Below, piece after piece: positions 1-9,922 of a stretch of DNA of 64,000 bases. Where the stretch lies: the NCBI RefSeq assembly GCF_902764345.1, contig NZ_CACWVT010000005.1. The stretch is one strand, 5' to 3'. The translations under genes were made by a program, and so were the position numbers. How positions within the stretch are numbered: the first letter of the stretch is position 1; every line of letters starts with the position of its first letter. The stretch is from an uncultured Ruminobacter sp. (lineage in GTDB: Bacteria > Pseudomonadota > Gammaproteobacteria > Enterobacterales > Succinivibrionaceae). The notes below the pieces were generated by a model. The model worked only from the letters and a program-made list of their open reading frames with translations, did no database searches and had not been told where the DNA came from.

Positions 1-287
1 TGCGAACTGCCAAAGAAAGATAAGAATTTATCTCCCAAAACTTTACCTATAAGTCCACCGCGCCAGTAATGTCTGATAATAACTCTTCTGTTATACGGAT
101 CCTGTACTAGATATGTTTTACCGCGACCATAGTGGACATCCAGAACTTTTGCATTAACCTTGTATTCATTGACATCAAAATACTCGATTATTTTTTCAAC
201 TTCTGTAGTTTCAGGAATGAACTCTGGATTAACGACTATTGAAATCCCTTTTTTCTTAACAATAAATTTCTCTTTCATTGAAACCAT
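1..287 (-). CDS. kdkA: Kdo kinase (3-deoxy-D-manno-octulosonic acid kinase), N-terminal part; gene runs off the window start
   Basis: The minus-strand frame opens at ATG (complement of 285..287) and stays open to position 1. The translation MVSMKEKFIVKKKGISIVVNPEF...VIIRHYWRGGLIGKVLGDKF carries the RHYxRGGLxGK motif I recall from Haemophilus KdkA. It sits next to an LPS-core glycosyltransferase. Confidence 0.6.
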   Translation of the reverse strand, partial: MVSMKEKFIVKKKGISIVVNPEFIPETTEVEKIIEYFDVNEYKVNAKVLDVHYGRGKTYLVQDPYNRRVIIRHYWRGGLIGKVLGDKFLSFFGSS

Positions 288-581
288 ACTTCACCCTTGC
301 ACTTTCTGATACTAACCAAACACATCCTTCCTACGTAAAATTATAACAATCAGATTAACAACCGCAAAAAGTAACCTGCATTTATATATGTTTTGTTTGC
401 GAACAATAACAAAAATTTCTTAAATTGAGCTAATTATCGGCAATTATTGGGCACAACATACTCAAATATCTCAAATCAATGAGTCACTACAAAATTATTC
501 AACATAAGCCATACTTGTTTGTTCTTTTAAACTAAATGTGTTTTATAATTCTGTTATTGTGATTTATTGGATTGTGAAGTT

Positions 582-1634
582 ATGGCTAAAATACCTGCCC
601 CCAAAAATATATGCTGTCTGAGATTATCATCAATTGGCGACTGTATTAATGCCTTGGCGGCTGTTCAGTTGATTCAGAAGCAATTCCCCGAAACTAAAAT
701 AACATGGCTGATAGGCAAAACAGAAAGCTCTCTGATGACAGGCATTCCCGGCATCAATTTTATTGCCTACAATAAAAAAGGGGGTTTTAAAGAATACATT
801 AGGATAAAGAAAATCCTTAAGGATATGCCTTTTGACTGTCTTCTTGACATGCAGAGTTCTTTAAAGGCCAGCTTCATTTCTCTTCTGGTAAAGACCAATA
901 CTAAGCTTGGCTTTGATAAAGACAGAGCCATGGACATGCAGCAGATATTTACCAATGTTAAGGTAAAGTCTCCTGAATCACCTCACGTACTGGACGGTTT
1001 CATGGCCTTTGCGGAAGAAATCGGATGCAAGATCGATAAACCGGTATGGGATTTTCACCTTACGGACAGCGATTATTCCGTTGCCAGAAAATATCATATA
1101 GACAAGACAACCATGGTACTGTCTCCTTGCAGTTCAAAGGATTACAAGAATTGGACCATCGTAGGCTACGTTGAGGCCTGCCGTTTTGCCGCCTCAAAAG
1201 GATTAAAAATAGCAATCTGCAGTGGCAAGAGCAAGAAAGAAAAAGCCATTGTTGATGAAATCATTGAAAATTGCGGAGCCATTAAAGACAAGATCATTAA
1301 TCTTTCCGGGAAAACATCACTAAGGGAAATGCTGGGCGTTATCGACTGTGCAGGTATTGTGGTCTCACCTGATTCTGCAGCCGTTCACATGGCCAATGCC
1401 CTAAACATTCCCGTAGTCGGAATTTATGCCCACCACAATCCGAAGCGCGTCGGTCCGACAAATTTCATGAAGTACGTTGTTTCTATTTATGAAGATGAAA
1501 TTATGAAGGAACACGCCGATTCTTCAAATCTGAAATGGAGAACAAGAGTCAAAAACAAACACGCCATGCTGAATATAACTTCAGCAGAAGTTAAGAAAGC
1601 CATCAATGATGTTATAAACGATTACAATCTGTAG
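582..1634 (+). CDS. Glycosyltransferase family 9 (LPS heptosyltransferase-like)
   Basis: ORF 567..1634. The likely start is the ATG at 582 (MAKIPAPKNICCLRLSSIGD). It has the GT9 N-terminal RLSSIGD-type motif and a C-terminal SPDSAAVHMANAL motif. It lies between kdkA and coaD, a typical LPS inner-core context. Confidence 0.8.
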   Translation: MAKIPAPKNICCLRLSSIGDCINALAAVQLIQKQFPETKITWLIGKTESSLMTGIPGINFIAYNKKGGFKEYIRIKKILKDMPFDCLLDMQSSLKASFISLLVKTNTKLGFDKDRAMDMQQIFTNVKVKSPESPHVLDGFMAFAEEIGCKIDKPVWDFHLTDSDYSVARKYHIDKTTMVLSPCSSKDYKNWTIVGYVEACRFAASKGLKIAICSGKSKKEKAIVDEIIENCGAIKDKIINLSGKTSLREMLGVIDCAGIVVSPDSAAVHMANALNIPVVGIYAHHNPKRVGPTNFMKYVVSIYEDEIMKEHADSSNLKWRTRVKNKHAMLNITSAEVKKAINDVINDYNL

Positions 1635-1642
1635 AAAACAAT

Positions 1643-2113
1643 ATGTTAGCTGTATTTCCGGGAACATTTGATCCGTTCACCCGCGGACATATGGACATTT
1701 TACAAAGAGCCGTCAAAATTGCTGACGACGTAGTTGTTGCAGTATGCGAAAGCCCTTCAAAACATACGCTATTCTCTCTCGAGCAACGGGTTGAAATGGT
1801 TAAAAAATGTAACGATAACCCCCACGTCAGAGTAATTGGATTCAGTGGCCTGCTGACAGACCTTCTTAAAGAGTTGCATGCCGATTTTCTGATAAGGGGA
1901 ATTAGAAATACCATTGATTTTGAGTACGAGCTGAGTCTTACGGCAATGTACAGGGATTTTCTGCCAAATCTGGAGGTTATTATGCTACCGACAGAACATA
2001 AGTATTCATATGTATCATCTACTCTTGTTAGGGAAATACACAAACACGGAGGTGATATATCTTCCTATGTTCCTGACAGGATAGCCCCATATTTTAATAA
2101 GCACCTGAAATAA
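1643..2113 (+). CDS. coaD: Phosphopantetheine adenylyltransferase
   Basis: MLAVFPGTFDPFTRGHMDIL (T/HxGH nucleotidyltransferase motif). The 156-aa length is typical, and it is adjacent to mutM as in E. coli. Confidence 0.95.
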   Translation: MLAVFPGTFDPFTRGHMDILQRAVKIADDVVVAVCESPSKHTLFSLEQRVEMVKKCNDNPHVRVIGFSGLLTDLLKELHADFLIRGIRNTIDFEYELSLTAMYRDFLPNLEVIMLPTEHKYSYVSSTLVREIHKHGGDISSYVPDRIAPYFNKHLK

Positions 2114-2158
2114 AAAATCCACTGATATCAGAACCCAACGTCTGAAGCCTGTTAATCC

Positions 2159-2998
2159 CTAATTAACGGGCTTTTTTAATTTCTGACATTTTTGACAAAA
2201 ATATGTATTTCTGCCACCTATCACAATACTTTCAATCGCATGTCCACATACCGGACACTTCTCACCTGATTTACCATATACATTGAGATTCTGAACGAAG
2301 TACCCCATTTTCCCGTCAGCCCCGCTAAAATCCCTAATTGTGGTACCACCATTTTCAATTGATGTTAAAAGAGTTTCCTTTATCACAGGAACCATTTTTT
2401 CACATTCTGAAATGGTGATTGTTCCGGCAGGAGTAAGCGGATGAATTCTGCAGCTGAAAAGAATCTCACTGGCATAAATATTACCGATACCTACAACTAT
2501 TTCATTAGTCATCAGAGCCTGTTTAACCGGCTTTTTTAAATGTCTCTGCAGTGCATTAAACAGCGCAGCGGGCGTAAATTCATCCGTAAGCGGTTCATAC
2601 CCCAAATTAATCAGATATCTGTTTTTGTAAACATCCTGACCTTCCGGGATCCATAAAAACAGACCAAAACGTCTCTGATCATTGAATCTGATAACCTTAT
2701 CGTTATCCAGAATAATCTCTACATGATCGTGTTTTTTCAATGGAGAGTCCTGCGAGCATACAAGCAGATGGCCGGACATTCCAAGATGCATTAGGATTGA
2801 ACCAACGTCTGTTCGAATAATTATATATTTGCCTCTTCGGGACAGAGACAGAACTTTCATATTCCTCAACGTTTGGAACTCCGGGCTGATATTCTCTCTT
2901 AATTTAGGATAATGAACCCTAACTTCCCTAATCTTAGAATTTATTAGTGATGAAGATATTCCCCTTAGGGTAACCTCAACTTCCGGTAATTCAGGCAT
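2159..2998 (-). CDS. mutM: Formamidopyrimidine-DNA glycosylase
   Basis: Has the N-terminal MPELPEVE catalytic motif and a C-terminal CxxC...CxxC zinc finger (CPVCGH...FCQKC). Confidence 0.95.
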   Translation of the reverse strand: MPELPEVEVTLRGISSSLINSKIREVRVHYPKLRENISPEFQTLRNMKVLSLSRRGKYIIIRTDVGSILMHLGMSGHLLVCSQDSPLKKHDHVEIILDNDKVIRFNDQRRFGLFLWIPEGQDVYKNRYLINLGYEPLTDEFTPAALFNALQRHLKKPVKQALMTNEIVVGIGNIYASEILFSCRIHPLTPAGTITISECEKMVPVIKETLLTSIENGGTTIRDFSGADGKMGYFVQNLNVYGKSGEKCPVCGHAIESIVIGGRNTYFCQKCQKLKKPVN

Positions 2999-3011
2999 AT
3001 TTATTCCCCAT

Positions 3012-3038
3012 AAAAAAACCCGAGATTTCTCCCGGGTT
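3012..3038 (-). terminator. Hairpin plus T-run downstream of rpmG (possible attenuating terminator before mutM)
   Basis: The minus strand reads AACCCGGGAGAAATCTCGGGTTTTTTTA, a GC-rich stem followed by seven T residues. Confidence 0.5.
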
Positions 3039-3064
3039 AGTTAAAAGAATACAGAAATCAAGAA

Positions 3065-3235
3065 TTACTTGATCTTGCCTTCCTTGTAAATTACATGCTT
3101 ACGAACAACCGGATCAAACTTCTTGATTTCCATCTTTTCCGGCATTGTACGCTTGTTCTTGGTAGTGGTATAGAAATGACCAGTACCAGCAGTAGAATTT
3201 AAGCGAATCTTTTCGCGTCCACCCTTAGCAGCCAT
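3065..3235 (-). CDS. rpmG: 50S ribosomal protein L33
   Basis: Not in the ORF track because it is under 60 aa. My own translation is [56 protein letters not shown]. It lies directly downstream of rpmB. Confidence 0.9.
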   Translation of the reverse strand: MAAKGGREKIRLNSTAGTGHFYTTTKNKRTMPEKMEIKKFDPVVRKHVIYKEGKIK

Positions 3236-3250
3236 CTTAATACTCCTCTA

Positions 3251-3487
3251 TTATACAGCGATACCCTGAGCACGCATATCTGCTAAAACCTGATCAATAC
3301 CAACCTTATCGATGGTACGCATAGCTTTAGTAGTTAAACGTAATCTTACAAATCTGTTTTCTGATTCAACCCAAAACTTGTGTGTCTGAAGATTTGGGAG
3401 AAAACGACGACGGGTTGCGTTTTTAGCATGAGAACGATTATTACCCACTGCTGGACGCTTCCCAGTAACCTGGCATACTCTTGACAT
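3251..3487 (-). CDS. rpmB: 50S ribosomal protein L28
   Basis: [21 protein letters not shown] is the canonical L28 N-terminus; 78 aa. Confidence 0.95.
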   Translation of the reverse strand: MSRVCQVTGKRPAVGNNRSHAKNATRRRFLPNLQTHKFWVESENRFVRLRLTTKAMRTIDKVGIDQVLADMRAQGIAV

Positions 3488-3882
3488 TGTCCGTCACTCC
3501 AAATTTTAAAATATAACTTACTTTAACAACCCAGAAGAGAACTTCAAGGTGTGCAATCAAATTTAATTTTGCGAATTTATACAATATTTATGCAAAATTT
3601 GCAATAATTTATCGTTAAAATGCGTAAAAAAACCCTCAGATCCATAGGACCTGATAAGATAGCTTCAAGACACAGACATCAATACATTCATGTAAAACAG
3701 TCTATTCAGCTAAAAACTGCGATATTCTATCACAAAGGAATTAATAATAGTACATAAATCACAATTATTTTTTTACTTACATTATAATCGTCTAAACACG
3801 GAATGCCTAAGATGTGTTTAAATAACCCGGCTTGCGAACAATACCCAGTGTGGTAACTTTATTTCTTATTTGGTGAATTCAT

Positions 3883-5094
3883 ATGAGCTTACACAATAAA
3901 TTTATTATCGTCGGAGTAACAGGCGGCATAGCTGCATATAAAGCGGCATATCTAGTCAGGGCTCTCAAAAAACAGGGAGCTGATGTGCAGGTCATTATGA
4001 CAGAGGCGGCAAAATCCTTTATTACCGAATTAACTATGCAGGCTCTCAGCGGACACCCGGTACTCTCGGAAACGCTTAAACCGCAGAGCAACAGCGGCAT
4101 TGAACACATAGAAATGGCCGCAAAGGCTGATGCCATCATCATAGCTCCGGCAACAGCCAATACCCTCGCAAGAATAAGAGCAGGCATGGCAAATGATTTG
4201 CTGACGGCTATTGTCCTCGCAGCAACCTGCCCAATATACGTGGCACCAGCCATGAATGAAAACATGTGGAAAAACCCAATAACTCAGGATAATCTGAAAG
4301 CTCTGCAAAATTACGGATTTAAAGTTATCAGCCCTGAAACGGGATTTCAGGCATGCGGTGCGACAGGACCTGGCCGAATGGCAGAACCAGAACACATTGT
4401 GGATTACCTTGTCAGACAGCTTAATTACAGACCTCTTGCAGGAAAAAAGGTTGTAATTACGGCAGGTCCTACGAAAGAAGCCATTGATCCGGTCAGGTTC
4501 ATATCAAATCACAGCTCAGGTAAAATGGGATATGCCATTGCCGATGCGGCATCAAATCTCGGTGCAGAAGTTGTTCTGATTAGCGGTCCCGTCAGTATTC
4601 CGGCTCCAACGTCCGTAAAACTCGTAAACGTAATCAGTGCTGAAGACATGCTGTCGGCAACTGAAAGCCATATTCCACACTGTGATATTTTCATATCATG
4701 TGCTGCAGTTGCAGACTTCAGATGCAAAAATATTTCTGAACAGAAAATCAAAAAAACAGGTGATACCGACTCCATGATTATTGAACTGGTAAAGAATCCG
4801 GATATTCTGTCCACTGTCGGTCATCTTTCCAACAGGCCCGGACTGGTTGTCGGTTTCGCAGCAGAGACTCAGAACGTTGAAGAAAACGCCCTGAAAAAAC
4901 TAAAATCTAAAAATGCGGACATGATTATCGCCAATAACGTCTCTGATAAATCTGTAGGTTTTAACAGCGACAACAACAGCATAACCATATACAGCACGAC
5001 CCGTGAACCTGCTAATTACATCAACACCCCTAAAAACGAACTGGGGTACGTTATCATGAACCACTGTCTCAGCCAGCTTGACAACAACGTGTAA
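3883..5094 (+). CDS. coaBC: Bifunctional phosphopantothenoylcysteine decarboxylase / phosphopantothenate-cysteine ligase
   Basis: 403 aa. It has an N-terminal flavoprotein domain (IIVGVTGGIAAYKA) and a C-terminal CoaB domain (ITAGPTKEAIDPVRFISNHSSGKMG). It is divergent from rpmBG as in E. coli. Confidence 0.95.
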   Translation: MSLHNKFIIVGVTGGIAAYKAAYLVRALKKQGADVQVIMTEAAKSFITELTMQALSGHPVLSETLKPQSNSGIEHIEMAAKADAIIIAPATANTLARIRAGMANDLLTAIVLAATCPIYVAPAMNENMWKNPITQDNLKALQNYGFKVISPETGFQACGATGPGRMAEPEHIVDYLVRQLNYRPLAGKKVVITAGPTKEAIDPVRFISNHSSGKMGYAIADAASNLGAEVVLISGPVSIPAPTSVKLVNVISAEDMLSATESHIPHCDIFISCAAVADFRCKNISEQKIKKTGDTDSMIIELVKNPDILSTVGHLSNRPGLVVGFAAETQNVEENALKKLKSKNADMIIANNVSDKSVGFNSDNNSITIYSTTREPANYINTPKNELGYVIMNHCLSQLDNNV

Positions 5095-5197
5095 TTATCC
5101 GAACAGCTTAATGAACATTTGCCCTTCATATGATGAATGGAAAGAATGTTCATTATGAACACTGTCCAAAAAACTAGCAGATTTATAGATCAAAACG

Positions 5198-5225
5198 TTG
5201 TATCAACACAAAATTTTTCTATAAT
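5198..5225 (+). promoter_or_regulatory. Sigma-70 promoter candidate for the mscS-family gene
   Basis: TTGTAT (5198..5203), a 16-nt spacer, then TATAAT (5220..5225). It lies about 100 nt upstream of the ATG at 5323. Confidence 0.55.
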
Positions 5226-5234
5226 CAAATCTGT

Positions 5235-5301
5235 CTGATTTCAGCTTCGGGGCCAACTTCCCGTTTAAATCAGAGTAATGCTTTCACCAAAGCATATTTT
5301 T
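5235..5301 (+). promoter_or_regulatory. Structured 5' leader: long stem-loop followed by a terminator-like hairpin
   Basis: CTGATTT (5235..5241) pairs with AAATCAG (5267..5273) and encloses CGGG/CCCG. After that, ATGCTTT-CACC-AAAGCAT (5278..5295) is followed by ATTTTTATT. Confidence 0.4.
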
Positions 5302-5322
5302 ATTCAATAATAAGGATTTATT

Positions 5323-6204
5323 ATGTCAGAACCAACAACTGAAGCAGTCGAAGCTGCAAAGCCTGTTACTGAAATACTGCCAAAGCAGTTATGGAGTGAC
5401 CCCATCGGTTACATTCAGGAACATCAGGAAATTATTACAGGTGTGTGCGTGGATATCGTAATTGCCATTCTCATACTCGTTATCGGCTGGTTAGTGGCAA
5501 AAATGGTTGCCAAAATCTGCCTTTCCGTGATGAACAAGGCTAAAGTCGAACCAACAATTTCAAAATTCATTTCAAATATACTTAAATACGCCGTTATCGC
5601 ATTTGCCGTTACAGCTTGTCTTAGCCAGCTTGGTATTCAGACAGCTTCATTCGTCGCAATCATCGGTGCCGCATCTTTCGCCGTAGCAATGTCTTTACAG
5701 GGTTCTCTGTCAAACTTTGCGGCAGGCGTTATTCTTTTAATATTCCGTCCAATCAAGGTAGGAGAATTTGTTGAAGTAGCCGGCCATCAGGGTGTTGTTG
5801 AAGAAATCACTATCTTCACAACCTCATTAATCACTGGAGACAACAAGGTTATCATCATACCAAACAGTGCTGTCAGTGCAGGAAGTATCACAAACTATTC
5901 AAGAATGGATACCAGACGCGTAGATTTCGTTTTCGGAGTTGAATACGGTTCAGATCTTAAAAAAGTAAGAGACACACTGGAATCAGTATTTAAGTCAGAT
6001 GATAGAATTCTTAAGGACAAGGATCTGACCATTGTTGTTGGTGCCCTCAACACATCTTCCGTTGATTTCACCTGTCGAGTCTGGGTTAAAAATGCGGACT
6101 ACTGGGGTGTATTTTTTGACACTAATGAAAAAGTATATAACGCACTCAGAGCCGCCGGCATCGGCATTCCATTCCAAACCGTAACGGTTGTAAATCAGAA
6201 ATAA
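5323..6204 (+). CDS. Small-conductance mechanosensitive channel family protein (MscS-like)
   Basis: 293 aa. It has three N-terminal hydrophobic helices, then an MscS beta-domain pattern (FRPIKVGEFVEVAGHQGVVEEITIFTTSLITGDNKVIIIPNS). Confidence 0.85.
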   Translation: MSEPTTEAVEAAKPVTEILPKQLWSDPIGYIQEHQEIITGVCVDIVIAILILVIGWLVAKMVAKICLSVMNKAKVEPTISKFISNILKYAVIAFAVTACLSQLGIQTASFVAIIGAASFAVAMSLQGSLSNFAAGVILLIFRPIKVGEFVEVAGHQGVVEEITIFTTSLITGDNKVIIIPNSAVSAGSITNYSRMDTRRVDFVFGVEYGSDLKKVRDTLESVFKSDDRILKDKDLTIVVGALNTSSVDFTCRVWVKNADYWGVFFDTNEKVYNALRAAGIGIPFQTVTVVNQK

Positions 6205-6253
6205 TTGTTTTACGGATTATAAATACTTCTGTTCCACAGGAGTCAATAAAAAA

Positions 6254-6285
6254 ACAGGGACATACTACTATTATCCCTGTTTTTT
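6254..6285. terminator. Bidirectional rho-independent terminator between the mscS-like gene and pyrE
   Basis: ACAGGGA (6254..6260) and TCCCTGT (6274..6280) are flanked by an A-run upstream and a T-run downstream. Confidence 0.7.
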
Positions 6286-6314
6286 CGCGTTCTGTATACG
6301 TTCTAAAAGAGATA

Positions 6315-6959
6315 TCAGATACCGTAGGTGTTGCGATATTCCTCGACGGATGATAAGTGCACCTTCAGGCTATCGTTCTGTGCAATATAGGTAATAAGAT
6401 CTGCCAGGGTAATTATTGAAAATACCTTAGTATTGTAATCTCTTTCAACTTCCTGAATGGCACTCAGGTCTGTTTTTCCCTTTTCCTGTCTGTCCAATGC
6501 AATTAAAACTCCCGCAAGAGTTGCATTTTCCTGGGCGGAAATAATCTGCATTGATTCGCGGATTGCAGTACCAGCAGTTATAACGTCATCGAGAAGAACG
6601 ATGTTACCGGTTAACGGAGAACCTACAAGATTTCCGCCCTCACCGTGATCCTTTGCTTCCTTTCTGTTAAACACCCAAGGAGCTTCCGAACCGTATTTTC
6701 TTGAATATGCAATGGAAGTGGCTGCAACGATAGGAATTCCCTTGTATGCAGGTCCGAATAAAACATCAAAATCAACCCCGCTGTCATGAAGAGCATCAGC
6801 ATAGAATTCACCTAACAGTGCTAAATCAGCCCCTGTACAGAACAGCCCGGCGTTAAAAAAATATGGGCTGATTCTGCCTGATTTTAAAGTAAAACTGCCA
6901 AAACGCAGCACATTTCTCTTAAGAGCCAATTCAATAAAATTCTTTTTGTAATCCTTCAT
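6315..6959 (-). CDS. pyrE: Orotate phosphoribosyltransferase
   Basis: [38 protein letters not shown] aligns from residue 1 with E. coli PyrE as I recall it. The PRPP motif [12 protein letters not shown] is present. The ORF extends to 6971, but the ATG at 6959 fits the homology. Confidence 0.9.
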   Translation of the reverse strand: MKDYKKNFIELALKRNVLRFGSFTLKSGRISPYFFNAGLFCTGADLALLGEFYADALHDSGVDFDVLFGPAYKGIPIVAATSIAYSRKYGSEAPWVFNRKEAKDHGEGGNLVGSPLTGNIVLLDDVITAGTAIRESMQIISAQENATLAGVLIALDRQEKGKTDLSAIQEVERDYNTKVFSIITLADLITYIAQNDSLKVHLSSVEEYRNTYGI

Positions 6960-7064
6960 TTCTTGCACCATTATAAGTTGACAATTAGGCTTTTATCCTT
7001 CCAAAATTAGAATGTATAATACCATATAGCCTAATAATTTTACATAAGTACATAAGGGATTAAC

Positions 7065-7943
7065 ATGATACACAGCATGACCGGATTTGCATCCGTATCC
7101 AACCAGAATGACGCATATATTACTGAAGTCAACATCAAAACGGTAAACTCAAGATTTATGGAAATATCCGTAAGAATCCCGGAAATTCTCAGAATATATG
7201 AAATGGAAATAAGAAATTGTTTTAAAGACTTCTTCAACAGAGGCAAATTTGAAATCTCCATTTCACTTAAGAATAAAATCACCAAAAATGCTCTTGAAGT
7301 CAACAACGATCTGGTTGAAGCTCTGACAGCGCAAGTCTTTGAAATCAACAACGCATACCGTAAAAAAGACCCTGAAGCAAAATGCTGTTTTTCTGCCAAT
7401 GATATACTTATGTATCCAGGGGTCATTACCGACAGAACCGGTGGAAGCGATGATCTGCAGGAACTTATATTCAACAGCGTTAAGGAATGCATGAAGAAAC
7501 TCAATGAATCCAGAGCCCTTGAAGGCGAAAAGATCAAAGACTTCCTCAACGGACATCTCTCAGCAATAGAAACACTCAGAAAGAATATTATAGACAGGAT
7601 GCCGGAAATTGTTGATTGGCAGAAGAGTAAAGTATCCGACTTCATTAAGCAGCATCAGGTCAAAGTTGACGACAGTCTGCTTGAACAGGAAATCATTCTT
7701 CTCTGTCAGCGCATGGATATAGCCGAAGAACTTAATAGATTAAGTTCCCATATTGAACAGGCAAAACACATTCTGAATCAGGGTGGCATCTGCGGTAAAC
7801 GTTTGGACTTCCTTATGCAGGAATTCAACAGGGAAACCAACACCATAGCATCAAAATCCATCAATACGGAAATCACTAACAGTGCCATTGAACTGAAAGT
7901 TCAAATCGAACAGATGAGAGAACAGGTTCAGAACATCGAATAG
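7065..7943 (+). CDS. yicC: YicC family stress-induced protein
   Basis: MIHSMTGFA N-terminus, a C-terminal DUF1732-like KRLDFLMQEFNRETNTIASKS, 292 aa. It is adjacent to pyrE as in E. coli. Confidence 0.9.
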   Translation: MIHSMTGFASVSNQNDAYITEVNIKTVNSRFMEISVRIPEILRIYEMEIRNCFKDFFNRGKFEISISLKNKITKNALEVNNDLVEALTAQVFEINNAYRKKDPEAKCCFSANDILMYPGVITDRTGGSDDLQELIFNSVKECMKKLNESRALEGEKIKDFLNGHLSAIETLRKNIIDRMPEIVDWQKSKVSDFIKQHQVKVDDSLLEQEIILLCQRMDIAEELNRLSSHIEQAKHILNQGGICGKRLDFLMQEFNRETNTIASKSINTEITNSAIELKVQIEQMREQVQNIE

Positions 7944-7970
7944 TAACAGACTAATTTACTGAACAAAAAA

Positions 7971-8013
7971 ACACCCCGTTCCACAATACAGTATGGAAAC
8001 GGGGTGTATTCTT
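7971..8013. terminator. Bidirectional terminator between yicC and cysS
   Basis: ACACCCCGTT (7971..7980) pairs with AACGGGGTGT (7998..8007). An A-run precedes it and a T-rich tail follows. Confidence 0.7.
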
Positions 8014-8036
8014 ATTATGACTTAAAGTCAGAAGTT

Positions 8037-9419
8037 TTAATTCTTTCTCCAGGTAGTGCCATTAGGACCGTCTTCGATTACGATTCCCATATCAGAAAGC
8101 TTTTTTCTGGCCGCATCGGCTACAGCCCAGTTCTTCTCACGACGTGCATCATTACGCTCTTTTATAATTGCCTCTATGACGCTAACATCGACATCAGACT
8201 TATCAACAGCCCCCTTCAGAAACTCCTCAGGATCCATTGATAACAAACCTAAAACATCGCCGAGCTCTTTTAATAAGCCGGCAAGTTTTCCTGCCTTTTC
8301 AGCATCACTACTCTTTAAAGTATTTATTTCTTTTGCTATATCAAACAGTACGGCATAAGCGAGAGGAGTGTTAAAGTCATCATCCATCGCCTGTCTGAAA
8401 CGTACTTCATATTCACTGTTTCGTTCAGCTTCCAGAACCTTCACGTTTCTTAAAGCGGTATAAAGTCTTGATAAGCCGGCCTTAGCCTGATCAAGATTAT
8501 CAACAGAGTAATTCAACTGACTTCTGTACTGAGCACTCAACAGGAAGTAACGAAGCACTTCACCGTCATACTTTTCGAGAAGTTCACGAATAGTAAAGAA
8601 ATTACCCAGTGACTTTGACATCTTCTCTTTATTAATCATCATCATGCCGGAATGCATCCAGTATTTTACATAATCTGAATGCAGCGCACAGCAACTCTGG
8701 GCAATCTCGTTTTCATGATGAGGGAAAATAAGATCTGAGCCGCCACCGTGAATATCAAAGACACTGCCAAGATACTTGAAATTCATTGCGGAACATTCGA
8801 TATGCCATCCTGGACGTCCCTTACCCCAAGGAGAATCCCACATTGGTTCACCCGGCTTTGACATTTTCCACAAAACAAAATCATAAGGATTCTTCTTAGC
8901 ATCCTCGATGCCGACACGGATACCTGCCTGAAGCTCATCCAGATTCTGACCGGATAAACGTCCATAATCCTTGAAGGAATCAATCGAGAACATTACATCC
9001 CCGTTTGAAGCCACGTAAGCATTACCGTTTTCAATTAATCTGCTCACCATATCGATGATGACGTCTATATTATGAGTAGCTCTAGGTTCTATATCAGGAC
9101 GGTTAATGTGCAGGGCTCCGAAATCCTTATACATTTCTTCAGTCAGACGTGTAGTTAAACTTTCGCAGGTTTCGTTGTTTTCATTGGCTCTTCTTATGAT
9201 TTTATCATCTACGTCAGTAATGTTTCGAACATAGGTTACGTCGTATCCGGAATAACGAAGATATCTTACAATAGTATCGAAGCATACAAAGGTTCTTCCG
9301 TGGCCAATATGACACAAATCGTAAACGGTAACACCGCATACATACATCTTTACCTTATTTTCAACTAACGGAACAAACTTTTCCTTCTTGTGGGTAAGTG
9401 AGTTATATATTTCCAGCAT
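8037..9419 (-). CDS. cysS: Cysteine-tRNA ligase
   Basis: Class I motifs HIGH (CHIGHGRT) and KMSKS are present; 460 aa. Confidence 0.95.
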   Translation of the reverse strand: MLEIYNSLTHKKEKFVPLVENKVKMYVCGVTVYDLCHIGHGRTFVCFDTIVRYLRYSGYDVTYVRNITDVDDKIIRRANENNETCESLTTRLTEEMYKDFGALHINRPDIEPRATHNIDVIIDMVSRLIENGNAYVASNGDVMFSIDSFKDYGRLSGQNLDELQAGIRVGIEDAKKNPYDFVLWKMSKPGEPMWDSPWGKGRPGWHIECSAMNFKYLGSVFDIHGGGSDLIFPHHENEIAQSCCALHSDYVKYWMHSGMMMINKEKMSKSLGNFFTIRELLEKYDGEVLRYFLLSAQYRSQLNYSVDNLDQAKAGLSRLYTALRNVKVLEAERNSEYEVRFRQAMDDDFNTPLAYAVLFDIAKEINTLKSSDAEKAGKLAGLLKELGDVLGLLSMDPEEFLKGAVDKSDVDVSVIEAIIKERNDARREKNWAVADAARKKLSDMGIVIEDGPNGTTWRKN

Positions 9420-9663
9420 AAAAACCTCAGTTGCTTTCCAATACTTTCAAACCTGCAGATGCGCCTTATAACTACGGATGTGTCACCGTATGCTATAACA
9501 TACGACATCCGTAATATGTGTCTCGCAAAGAATATTCGCTAATTATATTTTTTTAGCCCTTGTTTTTGCAAGAAACAAAATAATATCCTATAACACAAAC
9601 TTTGTTCGATTTTCTCAAATTCCCCCAAAATCAAGCGAAAACCCAGCTATTCCCCATAATAAC

Positions 9664-9678
9664 GCACCATCATGGTAT
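9664..9678. promoter_or_regulatory. NtrC-like enhancer half-conserved site upstream of glnA
   Basis: GCACCATCATGGTAT compared with the NtrC consensus TGCACCA-N3-TGGTGCA. The left half is perfect and the right half partial. Confidence 0.4.
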
Positions 9679-9757
9679 TAACTCTGACAAAAAATGTATT
9701 TTGTTCATTTGCCTTAATCGCCGTGAAAGTTTAAAATTGCTCCATCTTATTACAATT

Positions 9758-9772
9758 GCACTTATTAAGTGC
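9758..9772. promoter_or_regulatory. NtrC-like enhancer palindrome upstream of glnA
   Basis: GCACTTATTAAGTGC is a perfect GCAC-N7-GTGC palindrome, about 85 nt upstream of the -24 element. Confidence 0.5.
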
Positions 9773-9848
9773 TTTATTTTGGTTCACAATACGGACGTAA
9801 TGCCGTTTAAGTGAAATAAAACGCATAATTGCAGTCAAATGTGAAATG

Positions 9849-9864
9849 TGGCACATTTCTCGCA
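9849..9864 (+). promoter_or_regulatory. Sigma-54 (-24/-12) promoter of glnA
   Basis: TGGCAC-ATTTC-TCGCA compared with the consensus TGGCAC-N5-TTGCA. It is correctly placed about 60 nt upstream of the glnA ATG. Confidence 0.8.
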
Positions 9865-9922
9865 TTTGTACTCATGAACTTTTTTTATAATTTTACTTTT
9901 TCCTTTATTGGAGGATTTTTTA

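Noticed and set aside
3591-3603. Palindrome TGCAAAATTTGCA about 105 nt upstream of rpmB
   Set aside because: It is a short AT-rich palindrome in AT-rich DNA, present as a single copy, and matches no known regulator motif I can name.
7040-7645. 201-aa minus-strand ORF antisense to yicC, and the many other antisense ORFs in the track (for example 1612..2043, 3879..4265, 13819..14121, 43849..44241, 45608..45955, 57060..57347)
   Set aside because: All are shadow frames inside strongly supported genes on the opposite strand or in another frame. They are Ser/Leu/Cys-rich, have no recognisable motifs, and lack translation signals.
9602-9814. 70-aa ORF in the cysS-glnA intergenic region
   Set aside because: It lies across the NtrC-like enhancer sites, starts with a non-ATG codon, has no RBS and has odd composition. 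The region is regulatory.
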